The notes under the pieces were generated by a model that saw only the letters and a program-made list of their open reading frames with translations, was not told where the DNA came from and did no database searches. This document shows, piece by piece, positions 50,561 to 59,822 of a stretch of DNA of 64,000 nt. The position numbers were made by a program, and so were the translations under genes. Each line of letters opens with the position of its first letter. Position 1 is the stretch's first letter. The stretch comes from an uncultured Actinomycetota bacterium. Its GTDB lineage: Bacteria; Actinomycetota; Acidimicrobiia; Acidimicrobiales; Ilumatobacteraceae. The stretch lies in NCBI GenBank assembly GCA_963738275.1, contig CAVTVY010000001.1:122448-186447 (forward strand), read 5' to 3'.

Positions 50561-51253
50561 TCAGGACCGCGAGCCGGCCCACACCGCTCTCGATTCGGGA
50601 ACCGCTGTGCGGGCACGGATCCGTCGAGCACCGTGCGCGTTACGACTCGGTGGCGTCGGTGCTGCAGGAGGCGGGCTGGCGAGGATGTGGTACAACTTCG
50701 CTGTTGCTTCCTTGAGCACTGCTTCGGCGGCCGCACCTTGCTCGGGCGTACCGAACCGACCGATCTGACGAACGGGCCCGAGCAGCTCGCTCATCGTGCG
50801 CCGCAGGTCGCCCCGACCGCCAGAGGACGCTTCGTCCCATGGTGCCTCGACGCCAGCGTCACGCTGTTCGTTGACTCGTTCCCGGCCCTTGTCGGTGAGC
50901 TCGAATCGGCGCTTTCCGTCGTCGTCGGTGGACGAAATCAGGCCGGCGTCTTCGAGTCGCCCCAGCGATGGGTACATCGCTCCGGGGCTTGGCCGCCAGC
51001 GTCCTCCGCTCTTCTCTTCGAGAGCAGTGATCAGCTCGTAGCCGTGCATCGGCTGCTCGCTGAGGAGCAACAGGATCGACTGGCCGACAGCGCCCCGACG
51101 AGCTCTGCCGCCTTCGCCATGAAGTCCGCGGCCATCCCCGCGGCCACGGCCGTGGCCGCCTGGGCCCCGGCGGTGCCCGCGTTCGAAGTCTGGGCCGAGG
51201 TCGTGATCATGATGACCTTGTTCGTGTGGGTGTTGATGTAGTGAGCGTCGCAT
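50561..51253 (-). CDS. PadR family transcriptional regulator (true end may be ~50640)
   Basis: His/Gly-rich N-terminus; ILLLLSEQPMHGYELI, WRPSPGAMYPSL, FELTDKG, KLYHILA. Confidence 0.9.
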   Translation of the reverse strand: MRRSLHQHPHEQGHHDHDLGPDFERGHRRGPGGHGRGRGDGRGLHGEGGRARRGAVGQSILLLLSEQPMHGYELITALEEKSGGRWRPSPGAMYPSLGRLEDAGLISSTDDDGKRRFELTDKGRERVNEQRDAGVEAPWDEASSGGRGDLRRTMSELLGPVRQIGRFGTPEQGAAAEAVLKEATAKLYHILASPPPAAPTPPSRNAHGARRIRARTAVPESRAVWAGSRS

Positions 51254-51328
51254 GTGACGTTCTCCTTGTTCTGTCGTGACTGCCTGCCCGACCAATTCGG
51301 GCCAGTCCAGTCGTATCGACATCGCTAA

Positions 51329-51351
51329 AGATATATCGTTATCTATAACGA
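51329..51351. promoter_or_regulatory. Candidate PadR operator region
   Basis: AGATATATCG overlapping the perfect palindrome TCGTTAT-CT-ATAACGA upstream of padR. Confidence 0.5.
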
Positions 51352-51476
51352 CACAACACCGCCACCGAAAAGATTTCGAAGTCGACGACGATTTGGGGCT
51401 CTGCGCTTCGTTGCTGACGACGCCGACGAGGCCACGGAACGCACCATCCACCCGTGGCTTCGGGGAGTCTCCCTGC

Positions 51477-52097
51477 TCAGTCGGGTTGTTTGCGATGGCC
51501 GCGGAAGCCGTTCACCATGAAGTCGGTGAACTTGCGGACCATCTCTTCGATGGGCGGCATCGGCGTTTTTCGCAGATCGCACATGCGCTCGAACTTTGGT
51601 TCGAGCACGATCAGCCCTTGCATGGCCGACCAACACAGTGCGGTTGCGTCGTCGATGTCGACATCGAGGTGTTCGGCCTCGAACAGTGCGATCAGGCAGT
51701 CGTGAAGTGTGCCGTAGGCATACAGCCCGGCGGTTTGTAGGCCGACGTCGTCGCCGTCGACGAGGTCGGTGCGAAACATCACTTCGGCGTGTGCTTTGTG
51801 GGTACGGCCCAGCCGGACATAGGCAACGCCGAGCGCGTTGAGGCGTTCGACGGGGTCGTCGATGCCCTCGGCGGCTGCGACCAATGCGAGATGCAGGTGC
51901 TCGAAACCTTCGGTGGCCAGCGACGTGAGGAGGCCTTGCATGTCGCCGAAATGGTGAGCGGGAGCAGTGTGCGAGACACCTGCACGTCGGGCCACCTCGC
52001 GCAGGCTGAAGTTGCCGAGCCCACGTTCGTCGATGACCTCGACCGCGGCGCATCGCAGCGCGTTCGGTAGGTCTCCGTGGTGGTACTTGTCGGCCAT
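51477..52097 (-). CDS. TetR/AcrR family regulator (WHG-type C-domain)
   Basis: YHHGDL, SLREVARRAGVSHTAPAHHF, WSAMQG. Confidence 0.92.
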   Translation of the reverse strand: MADKYHHGDLPNALRCAAVEVIDERGLGNFSLREVARRAGVSHTAPAHHFGDMQGLLTSLATEGFEHLHLALVAAAEGIDDPVERLNALGVAYVRLGRTHKAHAEVMFRTDLVDGDDVGLQTAGLYAYGTLHDCLIALFEAEHLDVDIDDATALCWSAMQGLIVLEPKFERMCDLRKTPMPPIEEMVRKFTDFMVNGFRGHRKQPD

Positions 52098-52123
52098 CAA
52101 CTGTCACTCTACTTCTCGGTCTG

Positions 52124-52186
52124 CTTGCCACTGGCTACTTTACACTGACTACTTGACATTGGCTAGTTCTAACTATACAGTGGCAA
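52124..52186. promoter_or_regulatory. Four tandem candidate TetR operators
   Basis: CTTGCCACTGGCTA, CTTTACACTGACTA, CTTGACATTGGCTA, CTATACAGTGGCAA between divergent tetR and MFS genes. Confidence 0.6.
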
Positions 52187-52406
52187 CTTGTCAACGGAAA
52201 GTCTCCGGGCTCCCCCGGAAATGAGAGCCAGAAATGAGAGCCAGAAATGAGAGGTAGCGCCATGAATGCACTCGACTTGCGAGCCGATCACCCGAAGTTG
52301 CTCCGGGACTACACGCCAAACCACAAGCGGCCCCTCGCTCGGGGTCTCGCCGGAGCACTGCACCGTCTCGTCGTGCCGAGCACCGACTGAAGCCGGCGGC
52401 CGCGAA

Positions 52407-53975
52407 GTGAGCGCGACGGCTGTTCACGACACGAATCACACGGGAGCCGTTGCACGCGCCGACACATCTGACACGGGCCATCCGCGCCGTTGGGCGATTC
52501 TCGGCGTGCTGTCGTTGTCATTGTTCATCACCGTCCTCGACGGCACGATCGTCAACGTTGCCCTCCCATCGCTGTCGGTGGAACTCGGTGCATCGACGCG
52601 TCAACTCCAATGGATCGTCGACTCATATCTGTTGGTCTTCACCGGCCTCTTGCTTGCAGCTGGTGGACTGGGCGACCGATACGGTCGCAAACGCATGCTG
52701 ATGATCGGGCTCGTTGCATTTGGCGCAACTTCAGCCATCGCCGGAGAAGCAGGTTCGGCCAACGGGCTCATCGTGAGCCGTGCCGTCATGGGTATCGGGG
52801 CGGCCCTCATCTTCCCAGCCACGTTGGCGATCTTGACCGACGTGTTCCGCGATCCGTCCGAGCGGGCCAAGGCCATCGGCATCTGGTCGGCGGTAAGCGG
52901 TATTGCCGTTGCATTTGGCCCAATCACCGGCGGCTGGTTGTTGGAGAACTTCTGGTGGGGATCGATCTTCTACGTCAACGTGCCGGTCGTGGTGATCGCC
53001 CTGATCGCCGCATGGTTCTTGATTCCCGAGTCGCGGGAACACAACGCCCCAGCGCTCGACAAGGCCGGCATCCTGCTGTCCATCGCAGCCATCGGAACAC
53101 TCGTATTCACCATCATCGAGGCTCCTGAGTGGGGTTGGTTGTCAGTGACTGCCCTCGGCGGTTTCGCACTTTCCGCAGTGCTGCTCGCAGCGTTCATTGC
53201 CGTCGAACTCCGGATTCCCCACCCCATGCTGCCGGTGGGCATCTTCGCCAACTTGCGCTTCTCGGCGGCGAGCGTCGCCGTCACCGCTGCGTTCTTTGCC
53301 CTCTTCGGGTTCATCTTCCTCATCACGCAGTACTTCCAACTGGTTCTTGGGTACGGGCCACTCGAAGCCGGTTTGCGTACGCTCCCGGTCGCTGCGGCGA
53401 TCGCAGGTGGTTCCGTCGCGGCGCCGCTGTTGGTGAACCGGTTCGGCACCACCCAAGTCGTCAGGAGTGGGCTCGGCCTCATGGCTACATCGTTCCTGTG
53501 GATTTCACTGCGGGCCGACGTCGACACGGCCTACATCGAGATCGCCGGTCAGATGTTGCTGCTGGGCCTGGGGCTCGGTTTCACCACGGCACCTGCCACC
53601 GAGTCGATCATGGGGTCGCTGTCGGCCGACAAGGCAGGCATCGGTTCAGCCGTCAACGACACCACTCGTGAACTCGGCGGCACCCTTGGTGTAGCGATCA
53701 TCGGCAGCGTCTTCAGCTCGCTGTACACCAGCTCGCTCCAGTCGGGGAACGCGACCTTCGATCAGTTGCCGGTTGAGGTGCGCCACCTCACCGAAGAATC
53801 GGTGGGTGCTGCCCGAGTCATAGCGGCCGACCTCGGCCCCAACGCAGGACCGTATCTCGACCATGTCAACCAGGCGTTCCTGTCTGGCCTGAGTGCTGGC
53901 ACGCTGGTGGCTGCGGGCGTCGCAGCCGCTGGCGCAGTGTTCGCCAGCAAGTTCCTCCCAGCGAAAGCCCGGTAG
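52407..53975 (+). CDS. DHA2/EmrB-QacA family MFS efflux transporter
   Basis: LDGTIVNVALPSL, WIVDSYLL, GDRYGRKR, GPITGG, WGSIFYVNVP; about 14 TM. Confidence 0.93.
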   Translation: MSATAVHDTNHTGAVARADTSDTGHPRRWAILGVLSLSLFITVLDGTIVNVALPSLSVELGASTRQLQWIVDSYLLVFTGLLLAAGGLGDRYGRKRMLMIGLVAFGATSAIAGEAGSANGLIVSRAVMGIGAALIFPATLAILTDVFRDPSERAKAIGIWSAVSGIAVAFGPITGGWLLENFWWGSIFYVNVPVVVIALIAAWFLIPESREHNAPALDKAGILLSIAAIGTLVFTIIEAPEWGWLSVTALGGFALSAVLLAAFIAVELRIPHPMLPVGIFANLRFSAASVAVTAAFFALFGFIFLITQYFQLVLGYGPLEAGLRTLPVAAAIAGGSVAAPLLVNRFGTTQVVRSGLGLMATSFLWISLRADVDTAYIEIAGQMLLLGLGLGFTTAPATESIMGSLSADKAGIGSAVNDTTRELGGTLGVAIIGSVFSSLYTSSLQSGNATFDQLPVEVRHLTEESVGAARVIAADLGPNAGPYLDHVNQAFLSGLSAGTLVAAGVAAAGAVFASKFLPAKAR

Positions 53976-54022
53976 CGATGGCCGGTAGTCATGCTCGGTA
54001 GCGATTGGCAGGTCGCGGTCGT

Positions 54023-55000
54023 TCAGACGGCGGCCGGGCCCGACTCGGGTGGGGCTTCGAGCAAGTCGTCGTTGGGCAACAAGCGTTGCGGCCGGGCGTC
54101 GAGCACAGCCTTTCCGATGACGGCGACGAGGATCACGGCACCACCAACGAGTGAGCGCCCGCTTGGCCGTTCGTCGAGAACCAGGAATACCCAAAACGGG
54201 GCGAACGCCATCTCGCTTTGGGCCAACACGGTCATCGCGACCGCGGGAACCGTTCGCGAACCGAGGTTGAACAACGCGGTGCCGAGCACGATCAGCACAG
54301 AACCGTGCAGCAGTGCCAGGCCGATGTCGCCCGCCGGCGGCGTCATGGTGTTGGCGCCGACCACGGTGACTGCGCCGCACAACGCAATCATGGCAACGGC
54401 GTACCCGGCCATGATCGGCGACCAGTCGCGGGTGGGGTCGGTACGTACACAAATCGTGTAGATCGCAAACCCGACCGAGCAGAACATCGCGCTGACGTTG
54501 CCCACCATGTTCCCCGACTGCAGGTCGCCGCTGACCGTGATCGCCAACCCGAACAGCGCAAGGGAGAGAGCGCCAATGGTGATCCGATTCAGTCGTTCGC
54601 GCAGGAAGACCCGCGACAACACCACAGCGATCAGTGGGGTGATCGAGCTCAAGAATGCGGCGTTGGCGGCGGTGGTGTTCTTCACCGCGTACACGTAGCC
54701 GAGCGAGGCGACGAGTAGGCCGAAGGTGCCGAGCAGCATCACCCACCCACCGGTGAAGCAGCGTTGGGTCATCGACCCCTTTCCGGTCCAGTGGCCGTAA
54801 AGCTCCACCACGGCGAACACTCCGACGGAGCGCCACATCAGGTACTGCCAGGCGTCACTGCTGTCGGCGAGGCGGGCCGTCAGGGTGCCCAGGCTCCACA
54901 CCAGGCCAGCGCTGAAGGCGATGATCGACGCCACCATCGGAATGCGTGTGGTCGCAGCCCGCTGGTCAGGTGCGAGGGTGGGGTGTGAGCTGACGGCCAC
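54023..55000 (-). CDS. DMT/EamA family transporter
   Basis: About 10 TM; TTAANAAFL, FLRER, SEMAFAPFWVFLVLDERP. Confidence 0.88.
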   Translation of the reverse strand: MAVSSHPTLAPDQRAATTRIPMVASIIAFSAGLVWSLGTLTARLADSSDAWQYLMWRSVGVFAVVELYGHWTGKGSMTQRCFTGGWVMLLGTFGLLVASLGYVYAVKNTTAANAAFLSSITPLIAVVLSRVFLRERLNRITIGALSLALFGLAITVSGDLQSGNMVGNVSAMFCSVGFAIYTICVRTDPTRDWSPIMAGYAVAMIALCGAVTVVGANTMTPPAGDIGLALLHGSVLIVLGTALFNLGSRTVPAVAMTVLAQSEMAFAPFWVFLVLDERPSGRSLVGGAVILVAVIGKAVLDARPQRLLPNDDLLEAPPESGPAAV

Positions 55001-55128
55001 GGGGTCTCATCGTGGCAGACACCGTTCCCGAATCGCTTCCCGGATTCGATCGAGATCGTTGTTGAGACCTATCACCCAACACGATCAGGATCTACGCGCG
55101 GATACGGGGCGGGCGCCCCGAGGGCAGG

Positions 55129-55437
55129 TCACACGGCGTCGTCGGAGGGGTCTGGTGTCGGTTCGTCGTCGGTAGAGATGGTGAACGGTTCCATCAGTTC
55201 GCGGGGCATTGCCTTGTCCGCATACTTCGACCAGTTGTCTTGCAGCGCAGCGATGAGTTGGGTGACGAACAGCGGCGACACGTTCACCCGCTGCACGAGG
55301 GTGCCTTGGCTGACGTTGCCGGCGTCGTCGAAGTCGCAGCGCAGGAAGTCGATGGTGAACTCGTGCGGCGAGTGCCGAACAGCTGCGGCGTTCGCCCAGA
55401 CGCCACCGAGTTGATCTGGCTGAGTGTGGATCTTCAT
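55129..55437 (-). CDS. DUF3467-like protein
   Basis: GGVWANAAAVRHSPHEFTIDF signature. Confidence 0.75.
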   Translation of the reverse strand: MKIHTQPDQLGGVWANAAAVRHSPHEFTIDFLRCDFDDAGNVSQGTLVQRVNVSPLFVTQLIAALQDNWSKYADKAMPRELMEPFTISTDDEPTPDPSDDAV

Positions 55438-55856
55438 GCGCCCAGCATGCCGTACGCGTGGGTGGGTGTGAGCAGCAGCAACAACCGACCGTCGGCCACC
55501 ATCGTGCGTCGATACTCGTCCCAGTCGTCGTGGCCGCCCCGCACAGAGGCGTAGTACGCGACCAGGGCGTCGACCGTGGGGTCGTCGACCGACTGAGCGA
55601 CGGGCATCAGCTCGACGTCACATTCCAGCACCGCGTACGCATAGAAGTCTTCGCGTGTGACGTGCAGGCTGGCCCTCGGATCACGGGCGAGGTTCTTTGC
55701 TTTCACCCTGCCGGCGGTGACGGAGATCCGGATGATGCCGTCTTCGCCAAGCCGAAACGTGATGTTCGACAGCTGCGGTCGGCCGTCACGTTTTTGTGTG
55801 GTGAGTACGCCGTTCTGACGTTCTCTGATGAAGTCGAGGGCAATCGCTATTTCCAT
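55434..55856 (-). CDS. PPOX-class F420-dependent oxidoreductase
   Basis: LTTQKRDGRPQLS, KAKNLARDPRASL, HDDWDEYRRTMVADGR. Confidence 0.9.
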   Translation of the reverse strand: MEIAIALDFIRERQNGVLTTQKRDGRPQLSNITFRLGEDGIIRISVTAGRVKAKNLARDPRASLHVTREDFYAYAVLECDVELMPVAQSVDDPTVDALVAYYASVRGGHDDWDEYRRTMVADGRLLLLLTPTHAYGMLGA

Positions 55857-55908
55857 GGGAGTGGTGTAGCACGCTTCGGTACAGATCTGGCACCGGTAGC
55901 TTTCCGCG

Positions 55909-57231
55909 GTGGCTGCGGAACTGCGACCAACTGAACTCGCGTCCGGCGACCGCAGCGAACGTCGCGCCATCATTGCGATCGGGGTGCAGTTCTTCGTCAA
56001 CGGCGCCGTGGTGTCGTCGTACCTGCCGCGAATGCCAGAGGTGCGTGACCGCCTCGGCGTCACGCTGGCGGTGCTCGGGTCTCCTGTCCACGATCGCCAG
56101 CGCCGCGGCGTTGGTCAGCAGCATGTTGTCGAGCCGGGTGATCGAACGGTTCGGAACCAAACGTGTGCTGGTGTACGGAGCGACGTTCAACGCGCTGATG
56201 CTTCCACTGATCGGATACGCCGGTTCGGCCGCCGCTCTCCTGGCGGTGTTCATCCTCATCGCTTCCACCGACGTGACGGTGGACATCGCCATGAACCTCC
56301 AAGGATCGTGGCTGTCGGCGCGACGCAAGGTGTCGGTGATGAGCCGGTTGCACGGGTTGTGGAGCGTTGGCACGATCGTCGGCAGCGTCTGTGCGGCGTT
56401 GTTCGCTGCCGCCGAGATCGAGCTGAGGTACCAGTTGCTCGGCGCGACGGCTGTGCTGCTGGTGATGATCGCGTACGTCAGCCGCGGGGTGCTTGCCGGA
56501 CAATCATCCAGTGGTCATCGCTGCCCACGCCGCGCCTGCGGTGGAGCCCGTCGACGTCGGGCTCACGAGCCCCGGCCTTTCGGGACCCGACGGTGTTGGC
56601 TCAGGCGGTTCAGGTGCAGATGGATCCGGCGTACCGGACGCCGGCGTGCGTGCCAAGACGGGAATGAAGCTGCTGGTCGCAGTCGGAATGGCGTGCGATG
56701 TTCGGCTCGGCGATGGAGGTGACGTCGTTCGATTGGGCGGCGTTCCGTCTGGCCGACGACTTCGGTGCCACCGCAGGTCGAGCCGGGTTGGCCTTCGTCG
56801 TGTTCGTCACCGGCATGGCAGTTGGGCGACTGGCGGGCGACTCGATCCAGGCGATCGTCGGGGCGAAACGGCTGACGTGGTACTCGATCGGTGTCACCGG
56901 CGCCGGACTGGCTGCAGCCTTGTTGATCGACAGTCAAGTCGCGGTACTGGTGGGCTATCTGGTTGCCGGCCTGGGCCAAGCGACGTTGATGCCATACCTG
57001 TACGACACTGCGGCCAAGTTGCCCGGCCGGCGCGGCGCTGGATTGGGTGCGCTGTCGGCAGGCATTCGGGTGAGCACGCTCGCCACGCCGGTGCTCACGG
57101 GAGCGCTGGCGTCGACCTCGCTGTCGGTCGGCACGGCGGTAGCGATCGTCGTGCTGCCTTCCGTCGTCGGCTTCGCCGCAGTGACGGCGTTCTTGGCCAA
57201 AGCAAACAGCCCGTCAGTCGAGAACTGCTGA
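55909..57231 (+). CDS. MFS transporter; several frameshifts (~56080, ~56500, ~56695)
   Basis: FFVNGAV...PRMPE, DIAMNLQG, MSRLHGLWSVG, DWAAFRL, MAVGRLAGD across frames. Confidence 0.8.
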
Positions 57232-57251
57232 TTGCTCTACAACACTTCAGA

Positions 57252-57279
57252 CGATGGGTCCGCGGCCGCGGACCCATCG
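57252..57279. terminator. Perfect 28-bp palindrome downstream of the MFS gene
   Basis: CGATGGGTCCGCGG|CCGCGGACCCATCG. Confidence 0.55.
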
Positions 57280-57388
57280 CCTGTCTGTTCGATCGCCATG
57301 TTGCCCGGTGCAGTCCCCGCCGGAAGCCAGCTCGGCTCGAACTCAGTCCCGCTTGATCAAGGACGAGTAGCGGGTTGGTGTCTTCGTC

Positions 57389-57767
57389 GAATCGTCTCGG
57401 AGTGATGTGCCCGTGCCTTTGCTGAATCGTCTCGGTGCAACGAGCTCGCGTCCTTCGTCGAATCGTCTCGGAGTGATGTGCCCGCCGTTGCTGAATCGTC
57501 TCGGGCAACGAGCTCGCCACCTTCGTCGAATCGTCTCGGAGTGATGTGCCCGTGCACTTTCTGAATCGTCTCGGGCAACGAGCTCGCGTCCTTCGTCGAA
57601 TCGTCTCGGAGTGATGCGCCCGTGCCTGTGCTGAATCGTCTCGGAGCTGAGCAACGGTGTCTTCATCGAATCTCGCTAGCAGGTCCGAGACGATTCGCTG
57701 ATGGGCTGGGCAATGGGTTCCGAGACGATTCGGCTGATGGGCCGGGAATCGGGTTCCGAGACGATTC
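57389..57767. repeat. 35-bp-periodic array of core GAATCGTCTCGG: 8 forward, 1 degenerate and 3 inverted copies
   Basis: Forward cores at 57389, 57424, 57460, 57493, 57528, 57563, 57598, 57633; CCGAGACGATTC at 57685, 57720, 57756. Confidence 0.93.
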
Positions 57768-57802
57768 GCTGATGCCCGCGGCGTATGCCGCAGGAATGTG
57801 AG

Positions 57803-58969
57803 CTACTTCAGGCTGGCGACTACTGCGTTGTTGAGGTTGATGGTTCTGGGGTCGCCGGTGAGGCCGCCGCCCATTTGGTTCATCACGTAGCCGTAGCCGA
57901 TGCCGAGTTCCGGGTTGGCGTAGCCGAGGGAGCCGCCGGCGCCGGGATGGCCGAACGATCCGTCTTGGATCATCGGCGTCGTCAGGTTGTGCAGCCAGAA
58001 CCCCGCACCGAATCGGGTTGGCTTGATCAACGTGAGGTCAGGACCGCCTGCCCGTTCGGCGCGCGCCTGAGCGAGCGTGTCTTCACCGAACAAACGGATG
58101 CCGTCGACGTCGCCGATCGTCGCCGCGTACATTCGTGCCAACGACCGGGCGTTCGTGATGCCGTTGGCCGCGGCCATTTCCGTCGCATGCAGCTCCCGGG
58201 TGTTGAAGTGATTGACGGGTGACATGCGGATCGTGCCGTCGAGGGTCAGCGCTCGGTAGCCGTTCGCCCCACGCGCCATCGTCTGCTGCATGATGGCGAG
58301 TTCCTCAGGGTCGGTGGGCATCGGCGCAAGCTGCAACGTCGACACTCGCGGCTCTTCATCCTCTGGCAAGCCAATCCAGAACTCGAGGCCAAGTGGGGCG
58401 GCGACCTCGTCGGCGAAGAACCTTCCGATGGAGCGGCCGTCGATGCGCCGCAGCAGTTCCCCTGCCAGCCATCCGTAGGTGAGCGCGTGGTACCCGTGGG
58501 CTGTGCCGGGTGTCCAGAATGGTGCTTGTTCCTCCAACGCTTCGACGACCGGAGTGACTGCACAGACCTCTTCGAAGCTGAGCTTTCGATCGAACGCCAT
58601 CAGCCCGGCCTGGTGGCTGAGCAGTTGGCCGACGGTGAGGCCAGTGCCCTGAGCTGCGGCCAGCGTCGGCCAGTGTTGCTCGACCAGGTCGTCGTACGAC
58701 AGCGCACCGGATTCGACGAGTTGGGCGATGCAGATTGCCGCCGCGCCTTTCGTGGTGGAGAACACCAACTGGAGGGTGGTGTCGTCCCAAGCCCGGCCAC
58801 TTTCCCGGTCGGCGATGCCGCCCCAGATGTCGACGACCTGTTCGCCATCGACGTACAGCGCAAACCCAGCACCGAGTTCCCGGTGATCGGTGAAGTTGCG
58901 CTCGAACGCCTCGGCGACCGCACCAAACCCCGGCTGAACAAATCCCTGCACATGCGCGTACTTCGTCAC
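57803..58969 (-). CDS. Serine hydrolase (beta-lactamase class C / esterase family)
   Basis: FSTTK (SxxK), LLSHQAG, HGYHALTYG, FGHPGAGGS. Confidence 0.92.
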   Translation of the reverse strand: MTKYAHVQGFVQPGFGAVAEAFERNFTDHRELGAGFALYVDGEQVVDIWGGIADRESGRAWDDTTLQLVFSTTKGAAAICIAQLVESGALSYDDLVEQHWPTLAAAQGTGLTVGQLLSHQAGLMAFDRKLSFEEVCAVTPVVEALEEQAPFWTPGTAHGYHALTYGWLAGELLRRIDGRSIGRFFADEVAAPLGLEFWIGLPEDEEPRVSTLQLAPMPTDPEELAIMQQTMARGANGYRALTLDGTIRMSPVNHFNTRELHATEMAAANGITNARSLARMYAATIGDVDGIRLFGEDTLAQARAERAGGPDLTLIKPTRFGAGFWLHNLTTPMIQDGSFGHPGAGGSLGYANPELGIGYGYVMNQMGGGLTGDPRTINLNNAVVASLK

Positions 58970-59109
58970 GAGATCGAGTCTCGCCCGCGATCAGCTCGAC
59001 CGCCGCATCCAAAGCCGTGGTTCCAACCGTGGCGAAGGGGTCGAGTTCTGGTTGGGCGGCCATCGGAAACCACGCACCGCCCAGAGCTGGGCCTGGTTAC
59101 GTTGCCGGT

Positions 59110-59652
59110 GTGGAGATCGAACCTGATGCGAAGGACTGGACCTGGGTGCTGGAACACGCATGTCCTGAGTGCGGGTTCGACTCGTCGACGTTCGACCCCG
59201 CCACAACGCCGAGCGCAGTGGTCGACAACGCGACCGAGTGGCTGAGACTGCTCGACGACCCTCTGGCTGCGCAGCGCCCGACGCCTACCCAATGGTCGGC
59301 GGTCGAATACGCATGCCACGTCCGCGACGTGTTCGAGTTGTTCAACCGGCGGCTCGAACTGATGTTGACGCTCGACGACCCGTTGTTCGAAAACTGGGAT
59401 CAAGACGTGACGGCCATCGAGCAGGACTATGAACACGCGGATGTCGGCGTCGTTCTGCAGGAACTCCATGTTGCTGCGCGAACGATCGCCGCGAGTTTCG
59501 CCGACGTCACGGGGCACCAGTGGGAACGAACCGGCCGCCGCAGTGACGGAGCCAACTTCACCGTTGCGTCGTTCGCCCGCTACTTCATCCACGACCCCGT
59601 TCATCACGTACACGACGTCCGCCGGGGATACGAGTTGCTACGAACCACGTAA
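59110..59652 (+). CDS. DinB family protein
   Basis: PDAKDWTWVL..CPECGF, WSAVEYACHVRD, NWDQD, HDPVHH. Confidence 0.88.
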   Translation: MEIEPDAKDWTWVLEHACPECGFDSSTFDPATTPSAVVDNATEWLRLLDDPLAAQRPTPTQWSAVEYACHVRDVFELFNRRLELMLTLDDPLFENWDQDVTAIEQDYEHADVGVVLQELHVAARTIAASFADVTGHQWERTGRRSDGANFTVASFARYFIHDPVHHVHDVRRGYELLRTT

Positions 59653-59822
59653 CGCAAGGTGTCCGGCAAACCGGTTCGTCACGGCGTGTGGCTCGCAACG
59701 GCGGGCAATGCCGGGGTTGGGCGCACGTTGGGCGACGCTGCTGCTCAACGAGGCACGACGCAGCGCGCCCGGAGCAGGGGTGGGCGGCGGCGTCGTCGCG
59801 TCTTCGGGTCTACGCTCGGGCG

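Noticed and set aside
50390-50640. Cys-rich minus-strand peptide (GCPDDCRDPDACRPRC)
   Set aside because: No clear start or RBS, it overlaps uncertain gene ends in a frameshift-rich area, and I cannot support it as coding.
57389-57767. CRISPR array
   Set aside because: The conserved core is only 12 bp, spacers recur in alternation rather than being unique, orientation flips mid-array, and there are no cas genes.
59660-59720. c-di-GMP-I riboswitch (GGCAAACC motif)
   Set aside because: It lacks the GNRA tetraloop/receptor and the downstream GACGCAAAG element.
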